A stretch of 64,000 nucleotides of DNA from assembly GCA_038087875.1 (NCBI GenBank), contig CM075978.1, positions 165,602,001 to 165,666,000 on the forward strand, given 5' to 3'. This document shows positions 51,010 to 61,803 of the stretch, piece after piece (position 1 is the stretch's first letter; each line of letters opens with the position of its first letter). The DNA is from Malacoraja senta. Taxonomy: Eukaryota. Below the pieces are notes generated by a model. The model did not search any database. It had not been told where the DNA came from and saw only the letters and a program-made list of their open reading frames with translations. The translations under genes and the position numbers were made by a program.

Positions 51010-52600
51010 CTGATGGGACTGAAGGCTGATAAATCCCCAGGACCTGATGGTCTGCATCCCAGGGTACTTAAGGAAGTGGCTCTAGAAATCGTGGATGCAT
51101 AGGTGATAATTTTCCAATGTTCTTTAGACTCAGGATCAGTTCCTGTGGATTGGAGGGTAGCTAATGTTATCCCACTTTTTAAGAAAGGCGGGAGAGAGAA
51201 AACAGGGAATTATAGACCAGTTAGCCTGACATTGATGGTGGGGAAGATGCTGGAGTCAACTATAAAAGATGAGATAGTCGAACATTTGGATAGCAGTAAC
51301 AGGATCGGTCCGAGTCAGCATGGATTTACGAAGGCGAAATCATGCTTGACTAATCTTCTGGAATTTTTTGAAGATGTAACTAGGAAAATGGACAAGGGAG
51401 AGCCAGTGGATGTAGTGTACCTGGACTTTCAGAAAGCATTTGATATGGTCCCACATAGGAGATTAGTGGGCAAAATTATGGCACATGGTATTGGGGGTAG
51501 AGTGCTGACATGGATAGAGAAGTGGTTGGCAGACAGGAAACAAAGTGTAGGGATTAACGGGTCCCTTTCAGAATGGCAGGCAGTGACTAGTGGGGTACCG
51601 CAAGGCTCGGTGCTGGGACCGCAGCTATTTACAATGTACATCAATGATTTGGATGAAGGGATTCAAAGTAACATTAGCAAATTTGCAGATGACACAAAGC
51701 TGGGTGGCAGTGTGAACTGTGAGGAGGATGCCATGAGAATGCAGGGTGACTTGGACAGGTTGGGGGAGTGGGCAGATGCATGGCAGATGAAGTTTATTGC
51801 GGATAAATGTGAGGTTATCCACTTTGGTAGCAAAAACAGGAAGGCAGATTACTATCTAAATGGCGTCAAGTTGGGAAAAAGGGAAGTACAACGGGATCTG
51901 GGGATCCTTGTACATCAGTCTATGAAAGTAAGCATGCAGGTACAGCAGGCAATGAAGAAAGCGAATGGCATTTTGGCCTTTATAACAAGAGGAATCGAAT
52001 ATAGGAGCAAAGAGGTCCTTCTGCAGTTGTACCACACCTGGAGTATTGTGTGCAGTTTTGGTCCCTAATTTGAGGAAGGACATTCTTGCTATTGAGGGAG
52101 TGCAGCGTAGGTTTACAAGGTTAATTCCCGGAATGGCGGGACTGTCATATGCTGAGAGAATGGAGCAGCTGGGTTGTACACTCTGGAGTTTAGAAGGATG
52201 GAGGGTATATCATTGAAACATATAAGACTGTTAAGGGTTTGGACACGCTAGAGGCAGGAAACATGTTCTCGATGTTGGGGAGTCCAGAACCAGGGGCCAC
52301 AGTTTAAGAATAAGGAGTAAGCTATTTAGAACAGAGACGAGGAAACACTTTTTCACACAGAGAGTGGTGAGTCTGTGGAATTCTCTGCCTCAGAGGGCGG
52401 TGGAGACAGGTTCTCTGGATGCTTTCAAGAGAGAGCTAGATAGGGCTCTTAAAAATAGCGGAGTCAAGGGATATGGAGAGAAGGCAGGAACGGGGTACTG
52501 ATTGAGGATGATCAGCCATGATCACATTGAATGGCGGTGCTGGCTCAAAGGGCCAAATGGCCTACTCCTGCACTTATTGCCTATTGTCTATTGTCTATTG
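51010..52600 (+). mobile_element. CR1 LINE, 5'-truncated, ORF2 RT (321-aa ORF 51103-52068)
   Basis: [38 protein letters not shown]; (CTATTGT)n tail. Confidence 0.93.
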
Positions 52601-52839
52601 CACCTAAAATTAAAGATAAGGATGTTACCACACGCAAAACAGATACAAGAAGCAGGAAATGCAGTATTTTGGGCTTTCAGGAGGGCCTTGAATATGTTAC
52701 CACAGAAGTGGTTATTAAGCAAGATAGAACATGAGATTTTGGGTCATATCCTGCAGGTATAGCAAAGTACTGGTTAATTGACAGTAAATGTGCCTGTTCC
52801 TCCATTATGTCGGAGAACAATAACCCAACACCAAGACAT

Positions 52840-53449
52840 CACTACTGGAGTTCTGCAGGGCAATGTCCTGGATCATCCGTCTTCAGCTGCTTCATCAGTG
52901 ATCTTCCATCACAAGCCCAAATTTGGGGATTATCACTGATGATTATAAAAAGTTATATTTCATTTTCAGCTTTCAGCAAATAAAGCAGTTAATGGTCGCA
53001 CAATGTAGTATAGTGGCAGAGGCTGATAAGTGGCAATGAACAGCGGTGCCAACTAGAGAGAGCCCACTCAGCTACCCTTTATGTTTAATGGATTTACTAT
53101 TGCACAGTTCCCCACTGTCAATGTCATGGGGATTAGCACTGATCAGAAAATTAACGAGTAAAAATAAAGAAGTGCAGATGCTGGTTAATGCACAAAAAGA
53201 CACAAAGTTCTGGAGTAACTCAGCGGGTTAAGCAGCATCCCTGGAGAAAATGGATAGGTGGCATTTTGGGTCGAGACCCTTCTTTAGACTCAAAATTAAC
53301 TGGACTTGCCATATGAATACAATGGCTACAAAAGCAGGTCCGAGGCTGGGGATCCCTGCACTCACTCACCTCCTGACACTCTAAAGCCGTTCCACCATCC
53401 GCATATCACAGACCAGGAGTATGATGAAATGGCTTACACCTATGTGTGC

Positions 53450-53484
<35 letters not shown>

Positions 53485-55230
53485 CTGTATGTATGTATTT
53501 GTGAGTACGTGTATATATTCACATACAGAACTTTTTTTTTCTGTCTCGTTTATTATATTGTTTACAGTGTACTATGTTTACATCTTCTGTTGTGCTGCTG
53601 CAAGTAAGAATTTCATTGTTCTATCTAGCTCACGTGACAATAAAATACTTTTGACTCTTGATTCTCTTGACCTGCCTGGATACATGGAGCTCCATCACTC
53701 GTCCAGAAGCTCAACACCATCCAGGATATACCATCCTGCTTCATTGGCAACCCAACGTCACCCAGAACATACACGGGTTCCAACAAAGGTTCAGTGGCTA
53801 CAGTATGTCCCATCTGCAAAGTGCACTGCAGTCACTCATCAAAGCCACTCCAGTAGCACCACCCAAACCCATGAACTTTACAACAAGAAGCTAATGGGCA
53901 ACAGTTGCGTGGGAATGTCACTGCTGGAGGTTACTCTTCATCATGTATGATCTTCAAATATATCCCAGTCCTTTTTTTCATCCATGAACCTAAATCCTCG
54001 AAATCCATTCCTAATAATACAGTGAATACACCTTCACCAGAAGGACTTCAATAATAATAATAATAATAATAATAATATCTTTTATTGTCATTGCACGTCA
54101 GTGCAACGAGATTTAGTATGCAGCTCCACCGATGTACAATAAAAGTAAAATAAATAAATAAGCAAGCTGAGTGACGTGACCATCCGAGGGAGACTGTCCA
54201 GGGGGGGTGGGTGGGGGGGCACTCAGCAGGGCCGGTTCAGAGCCGCTATAGCTCTTGGAATAAAGCTGTTTCTGAGTCTGGAGGTTCGGACGTGGAAGGC
54301 CTTGTAACGTCTGCCGGAGGGAAGTAGTTCAAACAGTCCGTTACAAGGGTGTGATGAGTCCTTATGGATGCTGACGGCCTTCCTGAGGCACCGTGTGTGG
54401 TAGATCCCCTCCAAGGCTGGTAGCTCTGTCCCAATGATTCTCTGCGCTCTGTGGACGACGCGCTGAAGAGCTCTCCTCTCCGCCTCCGTGCAGCTGAGAT
54501 ACCACACAGAGATGCCATACGTTAATATGCTCTCTGTGGTGCAGCGGTAGAACGTTGTCAGCAGCTGTTGGGGCAGACCAGTCTTTTTTAATGTCCTCAG
54601 GAAGAACAGTCGTTGCTGTGCCTTCTTAACCAGCGCAGCGGTGTTGGTGGACCATGTGAGGTCCTCTGAAATGTGAGTGCCCAGAAACTTAAAGCTGGAC
54701 ACTCTCTCCACACTTTCCCCGTAAATGGAGATTGGGGCGTATTCTCCATTATGGGACCTCCTGAAGTCAATAATCAGCTCCTTGGTCTTGGAGGTGTTTA
54801 GTGACAAGTTGTTATGAGCGCACCAGTCCGCCAGGTTCTGCACCTCCACTCTGTATTTTGTTTCATCACCGTTGGTGATCAGCCCAATCACTGTTGTGTC
54901 GTCTGCAAACTTCACGATGGTGTTGGTGTCGAATGCAGGGACACAGTCGTGAGTGAAGAGGGAGTAGAGCATGGGGCTTAGTACACAGCCCTGTGGTGTG
55001 CCGGTGCTCAGGGTGATAGTGGAGGACAGGTGCGGGCCCAGTCTCACTGCCTGCGGTCGCTCCGTCAGAAAGTTCAGGATCCAATCGCATATCGGCGAGC
55101 TGAGGCCTAGCTGGTGGAGTTTGGTGGTGAGCTTGGTGGGGATGACCGTATTGAATGCAGAGCTATAGTCAGCAGTTCAAGAAGGCGGCTAACATGGCAT
55201 TCTCACTTAGGGATGGATAACCAGTGCTGT
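52840..55230 (+). mobile_element. Old CR1-clade LINE remnant fragmented by younger insertions; related endonuclease-region remnants at 55600-56235(+) and 63730-64000(-)
   Basis: GVLQGNVL..SCFISDLP-like RT remnant at 52846; LWVGDFN.HH at 55685. Confidence 0.5.
54050..55170 (-). mobile_element. Rex1/Babar LINE, 5'-truncated, uninterrupted RT C-terminal frame 55170-54223
   Basis: DYSSAFNT..., [34 protein letters not shown]; tail ...caatgacaataaaaga(TAT)n. Confidence 0.9.
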
Positions 55231-56384
55231 GATAGATTTATACAGGCTAGAGGGAACAGCTTTGATATCATGGCATAGAGTCAAACAGGGCGAAGGACCA
55301 AAAGACAAAGTGTTGGAAGAACTCAGTGAGTCAGGGAGCATCTGTAAAGGAAATAGACAGATGACATTTCCGGTCAGGACCCTTCTTCAGACTGATGGAG
55401 TAGAGGGGAGAAAGCTGGAAATGAGAAGTGGTGTGGGACAAAGTCAGGCAAATGATAGGTGGACACATTTGAGGCGATGTTATTTGCAGATGGGTGGGGA
55501 TAGTTGCATAAGCTAGAGGTGAAAAGGAGACAAAAGGAAAGAAGAGGAGGAGTGAGATATAAAGCTGGAGGGAGGGATATGGCTAAAGAAGCCTCCAAAC
55601 TCAATACCATATACTATCCTTCCTCAGCTGATGAACCGGAGGAGGACTGAACGACATTGAAAGTAGCAAAAGCACAGAATATACTCTGGGTGGGGGACTT
55701 CAATGGCCACCACCAAAATGATTAATAAACCACCACTGATTGAGCTGGCTGAGTCCAGAAGGGCAAAGCTGTCAGACACATAATGCATTAAGAAACATTA
55801 GGGACAGCCTATGTACAGGATGTAACTGCAGGTGCTTGTTAACACTGAAGATAGGCAAAAAATGCTGGAGTGATATTTCGGGTCACTATTTTGGTTCTAA
55901 CACCAAGAAGGGTCTCGTCCCAAAACGTCACCCATTCTTTCTCTCCAGAGATGCTGCCTGTCCCACTGAGTTACTCCAGCATTTTGTGTCCATAAGGGAA
56001 AACCTACATGTGCTCATCCTCACCACTCCACAGATGCCTCTGCCAGACATTAGTAGAAATGACCTTTGCACAATCCTTCCACTTTCACAGTGAGGACCTC
56101 CTCAAACCTGTGGTGTGGAAACACCACATGACATAGGCACATAATTGGCATAGACACATAGACCGAAAGTTCAAATCCATGAGGTGTGATAGACCAACAG
56201 CAGCCACAGAATTGTACACCTCCACAATCTGAAAACTCATGGCCTCTTACAAACAAGCCAGAGGGCTGACTCGACTCAAAACGTCACCTATTCCTTTTCT
56301 CCAGTAATGCTATCTGACCTGCTGAGTTACTCCAGCATTTTGGGTCTATCTTCAGTGTAAACTAGCATCTGCAGTTCCTTCCTA

Positions 56385-57442
56385 CACAACTCGGGGAAGA
56401 AGCGGTTCCCAAGTCCGGTGGTGCGAGCTTCCAAGCTCCTGTATATTCTGCGTGGTGACAGCAGGGAGAAGAAGGGTGGGAAAGGTCTTTGAATATGTTG
56501 GCTGCTTACCCAAGGCAGCATGGAATCAATGGTGGGTAGACACAAAATGCTGGAGTAACTCAGTGGGACAGGCAGCATCTCTGTAGAGAAGGAATGGGTG
56601 ACGTTTCGGATCGAGACCCTGCTTCAGACTGAATGCTGGGTAGTCTGATCTGTGTGATTGTCCAGACTAGATCCACAACTCTGCAATGTCTGTGGAGCAT
56701 TTCCCAAACCAAGTTGTAATGCATCCTGAGATAGACAGAAGATGCTGGAGTAACTCGGCGGGACAGGCAGTATCTCTGTAGAGAAGGAAATAGGTGACGT
56801 TTCAGGTCCCGATTGAATGCGGTGCATCTGCAGAAGATAAGGGCCTGTCCCACTTAGGCGATTTTTTTTAGGAGACTACAGGCGAGACTAGGCTGTTGCC
56901 ACATGGTTGCCGGGGTGTCACCGGTATGATCTCCTCTAGCCGCCCAAAGAGTCGTAGAGTCTTTCTGGTCGCCACAGAATTTTGAAATGTTCAAAACCTT
57001 TTGACGACCGTTGTCTTGACACCAATGGGGGTAGCCTGATGTATGTGGTGTCGCCAGGGTGATGTAGGTAGTTGCCGGTGATGTCATCAGTGAATTCCAT
57101 TAAAGTTATATTATAGATGGTTTAAATTTTAATGTTATTATAATATTTTTGTATGCACAGTTGTATGTTAAAGTTATAGATAATTTAAATTTTAATGTTA
57201 ATATAATATTTTGTATGCACTGTAACAACTATGACAGTCGTGGCAGTCGCCTAAAAAATTGCCTAAGTGGGACAGGCCCTTGAGTAAGAGTCATTGGAGA
57301 AATGCTGAATTTTTTTAGTCCCTTGAAGGAATAGAATCATCGGTGTGCCTTCTTGGCTATCGCTTCAATGCGGTTAGTCCATGACAGATCGTTAGTAGAA
57401 TTTACGCCAAGGAACTTGAAGCTCTCAACCACTTCTACTTTG
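56385..57442 (-). mobile_element. Degenerate Rex/Babar fragment broken by two Penelope mini-elements and a MITE
   Basis: ESFKFLGV...KKAHR..YSFK (57300-57440) and PRRIYRSLEARTT..NRFFP (56385-56480). Confidence 0.65.
56839..57281. mobile_element. MITE, probably PIF/Harbinger-like
   Basis: ~40-bp TIRs AAGGGCCTGTCCCACTTAGGCGATTTTTT...; internal ~60-bp AT-rich tandem duplication 57101-57225; TSD not clean. Confidence 0.75.
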
Positions 57443-57640
57443 GAATAATATCATTTTTATTTTGTAAGGCTGAGACTAATGGGGTGCCACAGGGATGTCA
57501 TGAATCCAACTGTTCATAATCTAATGATTCCCACAGGAAATGCAAACATGTGAAAATTGACTGAGGCCACCACTGAACATAGAAGCAAACCCCTATAAGC
57601 TGCTAACACAGGACCAATTAGTTTAATTTACTCAGTTCTT

Positions 57641-57775
57641 CTTCTTGCGTATGCCGTGCACAGCCTAAACTTGTAGGACAACTTGTTCTATTTGATCTTA
57701 TTTGATTGTGCACACCAGGTTGATTGCATTCGTCGAAACAGGGCGGACCACGTGAAGGTTGCAATCTCCCACCCC
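57641..57775 (-). mobile_element. 135-bp non-autonomous retroposon (Ingi/Vingi-like bipartite SINE) with 5' HDV-like ribozyme
   Basis: Perfect 12-bp TSD TACTCAGTTCTT (57629-40 / 57776-87); 3' end ...GGCATACGC(AAG)n; 5' 54 nt fold as an HDV-like ribozyme. Confidence 0.85.
57722..57775 (-). ncRNA. HDV-like (CPEB3-type) self-cleaving ribozyme, minimal P4
   Basis: GGGGUGG-GA-GAUUGCA-ACC-UUCACGU-GGU-CCGCCCU-GU-UUCGA-CGAA-UGCAAUC: P1 7 bp with G1-U wobble, P2 7 bp perfect, P3 3 bp, L3 UUCACGU, J4/2 CGAA with catalytic C at 57732. Activity untested. Confidence 0.85.
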
Positions 57776-57805
57776 TACTCAGTTCTTAAATACCCATATA
57801 GATCT

Positions 57806-58108
57806 TTAGTTTAGTTTAGTTTAGAGATACAGCATGGAAATAGGCCCTTTGGCCCACCGAGTCCATGCCGACCAGCGATCCCCATACACAAGCACCATCC
57901 TACACACTAGGGACAATTTACAATCTTTACTGAAGCCAATTAACCTACGAACCTGTAAGTCTTTGGCATGCAGGAGGAAACCAGAGCTTCTGGAGAAAAC
58001 CCATGTGGTCATGGGGAGAATGTAGAAACTCTGTACAGACAGCACCCATAGTCAGGATCGATCCCAGGTCTCTGGCATTGTAAGGCAGCCACTCGACCAC
58101 TGTGCCCC
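57806..58108 (-). mobile_element. HE1-like V-SINE
   Basis: As above. Confidence 0.85.
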
Positions 58109-58315
58109 TATCCCCTGAAACAATTTTCACTTTGTATGCAGCAAATTGTTCAAATAACGATAACGATTTTAATTCTTACATGCTGATTGTGAGGATTAAT
58201 TTAAAGTCCATAACCTTTGTTGAAGTTGTTTTGCATCTGTGGTTAAGAACCTCTGAATTTTCAGTTCTTTTAACAATTTGAGTAATTGAAATATTTTCAA
58301 TTGTTTCCATTTCAG

Positions 58316-58569
58316 TCTTTGGATTATGAAAGGTCTGCATTTCACACGCTGCTAATTAAAGTGGAGAACGAAGACCCAATCATGCCAGAAATCAGTTACG
58401 GTCCCAGTTCTACCACCACAGTGCAAGTTACAGTCGTTGATGCAAATGAGCCACCTATTTTCAATCCAGACCCAACGATTGTTGTCAAACCGGAGAATAT
58501 TCCAATAGGCAGTGTTGTTGTGACGTTGAATGCAACTGACCAAGATATTCTACAGAAACAGACAATTAG
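58316..58569 (+). CDS. CDH13: Cadherin-13 internal coding exon, EC3/EC4 (254 bp)
   Basis: tttcAG acceptor, GTAAGT donor at 58570. [53 protein letters not shown]...[15 protein letters not shown] contains LDYE, DxNE and DxD cadherin motifs. Confidence 0.95.
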
Positions 58570-58838
58570 GTAAGTGTCTTACACTGGAATCTCATCCCAA
58601 GTTGTAGGTTCAGTACAGACAATGCTGTGATGTACAATTGCCAATTCACATTTCTGAAATTTAATTCCATTGACTTTAGCAGAGCTGAATTTTTAAGCAC
58701 AGTTCAGCATGCATATGTTACAAACTATACCATTACAATCTGGAGCAGAATGTACTTCTATCTGTAGAGTTTGTACAAGTATTCATTTAAAGGCCACGGA
58801 TAAATGAAGCTTGTGTGTCACATGAATGTTAAAATATA

Positions 58839-59136
58839 GGGGCAGCACAATGGTGCATGTGGTAGAGCTATTGCTTCATGGCGCCAGAGTCCCGGGTGTG
58901 ATCCTGATTTCGGGAACTGTCTGTGTGGACTTTGCACATTCCCCCTGTGATCGAGTGAGTTTCCTTCGGGAGCTTTGGTTTCCTCCCACATCTGAAAAAT
59001 ATGTGGGCTTGTAGCTTGATGTCCTCTGTAAATTGCCCCTGGTGTGTAGGGAATGAAACTGTTGTGAACGATCGATGGTCGGCCTGGACTCAGTGGGCCG
59101 AAGGGCCTATTTCCATACTGTATCATTAAACTAAAC
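58839..59136 (+). mobile_element. HE1-like V-SINE
   Basis: As above. Confidence 0.8.
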
Positions 59137-59350
59137 ATGTGCTTCATTGAGTAGGAAGGAACTGCAGATGTTGGTTTACACCGAAGTAGACCCAAAACGC
59201 TGGAGTAACTCAGCGGGTCAGACAACATCTTTGTAAAAAGGAATAGGTGACGTTTCGGGTCGAGACCCTCCTTCAGACTATTCCTTTTCTCCAATTATGT
59301 TCTTCATTGGACAGAAATGGTTCTGAAAGCTGACAAAATCAAGGACCACA

Positions 59351-60675
59351 CGTTTCAAAGGTTTCAAAGGTCTTTTATTCACATGCACCAATTAAGGTGC
59401 AGTGATATGTTAAATACCATACAGCCATACTGGAAAAAAAACAAGACACACAACCAGGGGCGGAAATCCCGGGGGGCCATGCGGCCTCTGTTTTGAGAGG
59501 TGGGGGACAGCCCCCCCCAAGTTTTTGTAATCCGGATTTTAAAACCCGGTGAAATCTCCGCTTTGCACGAGACAGTGGGGGTGGGACTGCTGATCGAGGG
59601 CGCCGATTGGACAAGAGAGACGTCGATCAGCAGGCAATGGGGGCGGGACATGATGATTCAGCGCGGTGATTGGAGGAGGGAGACGTGCCAAAACACTCTC
59701 GGCACAGACCTGCATCGACCCGCAGCCAGGATCGATCCCGGCTCTCCGGCGCTGTCCCGTCCCCACCCGAGTGCCCCCCACGGTTGGCCAGAGAGGTCGG
59801 GACTCAGACGGGAGCGGTGCCCCCAGGCCCACAGCCACTGCGGAGAAGCAGCACTGGTGTCCCATCAGTCCAGGCAGGGCTGTAGGTTAACCCGGCGAGA
59901 TAGGCAGAATTGAGCTGCATTTAGCACTGGATTGAGCCTCCGAAGTGTCGCGCATTTGTGTGAGTGCGCGCATGTGCGCGTGGCCTCCAAAAAATGGTGT
60001 CCCCCCGGTCCCCTCCATATTTTGATAGCGATTTCCGTACCTGCACACAACTACATAAAAGTTAACATAAACATCCACCACAGCGAATTCCCCACATTCC
60101 TCACTGTGATGGAAGGCAATAAAGTCCAATCTTCTTCCTCTTTATTCTCCCGCGGTCGGGATTGTCGAACCATCTGTAGGGGCGATTGGAGCTCCCGCAG
60201 CCGGCGGTCGAAGCCCCCGCGTCGAGGCGATTGAAACTCCTGCACCGGGCCGGTCGAAAATCCCACGGCTTGGGGTTACCAAAGACAGTCTCTGACCAGG
60301 GACCACGGGCTCCGTAATGTTAAGTCCGCAAGCACACACTGTTGGAGCTCTGAGGTCGACCCCTGGCAAAGGGATCGCAAACTCTGCGATGGTAAGTCCG
60401 TAGGCACCCGCGATGGAGCTCCCGGTCGATTTCCAGCAGAAACCGCCAACTCCTCGATGTTAAGCCACAGTGCGGACGGATATACGATACGGAAAAAAAA
60501 AGCATTTCCGTCGAGGTAAGAGATTGGAAAAGGTTTCCTTCAACCCCACCCTCCACATAAAACAAGCTAAAGAACACTAAAAACATACATTTAACACATA
60601 CAAATTAAAATACAAAGAAGGAAAGAATAAACAGACTGTTGGCGAGGCAGCCATTGCTGGCGCCCCCGATGGTTC
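59351..60675 (-). mobile_element. Non-coding ~740-bp retroelement with Rex/Babar-like tail (copy 2; hAT nested)
   Basis: (CCTTTGAAA)n tail; shared blocks with copy 1 (actttattgccttcc-tcaca-tg-g-aa...cgctgtgg-g; 5' tggcwgcctcgcc). Confidence 0.65.
59455..60043. mobile_element. Non-autonomous hAT DNA transposon (589 bp)
   Basis: TIRs CAGGGGCGGAAATC / GATTTCCGTACCTG; perfect 8-bp TSD CACACAAC. Confidence 0.9.
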
Positions 60676-61445
60676 AATGAACTAATGCTGATCACAATCC
60701 ATAGGATGAGGTAGATTGAGGTTGGATTCCTAGATGAATTGCTGTTACTGTTACTGTTCTGATCATGTTTGGCATGAAACCATTCTGTGAATACTATGGT
60801 GCAATATTCTGAAAGTTTACAAGCTGTGGTAAATGTGGATGTGGTAAATTGTTATTAAGGGATTAAATCAAATGTTTGAAATATCCAAAAAATAATCAAG
60901 GATGGAATATTTTTGCAATGTATTGAAAAAGTTAATTTCAAGACCAGGAGACAATTGATACATTAAGTTATAGTGTGAGCCCGGATGAACAAGAGAATAA
61001 GAAGATATGGCCCATTCTCTTTCCACGCCTCTTACCTGTACAACATTAAACAGATTGTTTCTCTCCAGTGCAAAGTTGGCTTTAGGCCAACTAAACGGTG
61101 GGTGTTCTGAAGCACCCAGAAACCAACCTGGCATACAAGGCGGTCTGTTAAAAGTATTATTTTTTAATGTATTTATCTTGATTCTTCCAGCCCCAAGGTT
61201 TATCCCACCTTGATTTCCTGTACAGCACAGGTAACTCGGGAATTGCTAAAAAAAAAATTATTAACATTACATCAGTGTTGACGTCATTGTGTCAAATATC
61301 TGAATATAGGTAGGTCAACATTTACCTTTATTTGGACCTTCAGTCAAGTAGAAAGCTAATGAGAGTAAATTAGTGTCTGGAAGGGGCAGAATAATTCCAA
61401 GTTACTCTGTTTGACTGAATCTAATTTTAACCATGCTGTTCACTG

Positions 61446-61765
61446 TTTAGAGGTTAGAGATACAGCATGGAAACAGGCCCTCGGCCCACCGAGTCCATGA
61501 CAACCATCGATTACCTGTTCACACTAGTTCTATGTTATCCCACTTTCTCATCCACTTCGTACACTTTAGGGGCAATTTGCAGGGGCCAATTTACCTACAA
61601 AGTCGCACGTCTTTGGGATATCAGAGGAGACCGGAACACCCGGAGGAAAACCCACACGGTAATAGGGAGAACGTGCAAACTCCACATGAACAGCACCCAA
61701 GGTCAGGATCGAATCTTTGGCGCTGTGAGGCAGCAGCACTACCAGCTGCACCTGTGTGCCGCTGT
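61446..61765 (-). mobile_element. HE1-like V-SINE
   Basis: As above. Confidence 0.8.
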
Positions 61766-61803
61766 TCTTCACACTGTTTAAGCACATTAACTTCCATACA
61801 GTT

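Noticed and set aside
53306-53950. 214-aa ORF
   Set aside because: Spans microsatellites, a Rex 3' UTR and a decayed LINE; no coherent protein.
60074-60116. Conserved stem-loop as a known ribozyme
   Set aside because: Could not fit HDV-like or hammerhead consensus; kept only as an unknown hairpin.
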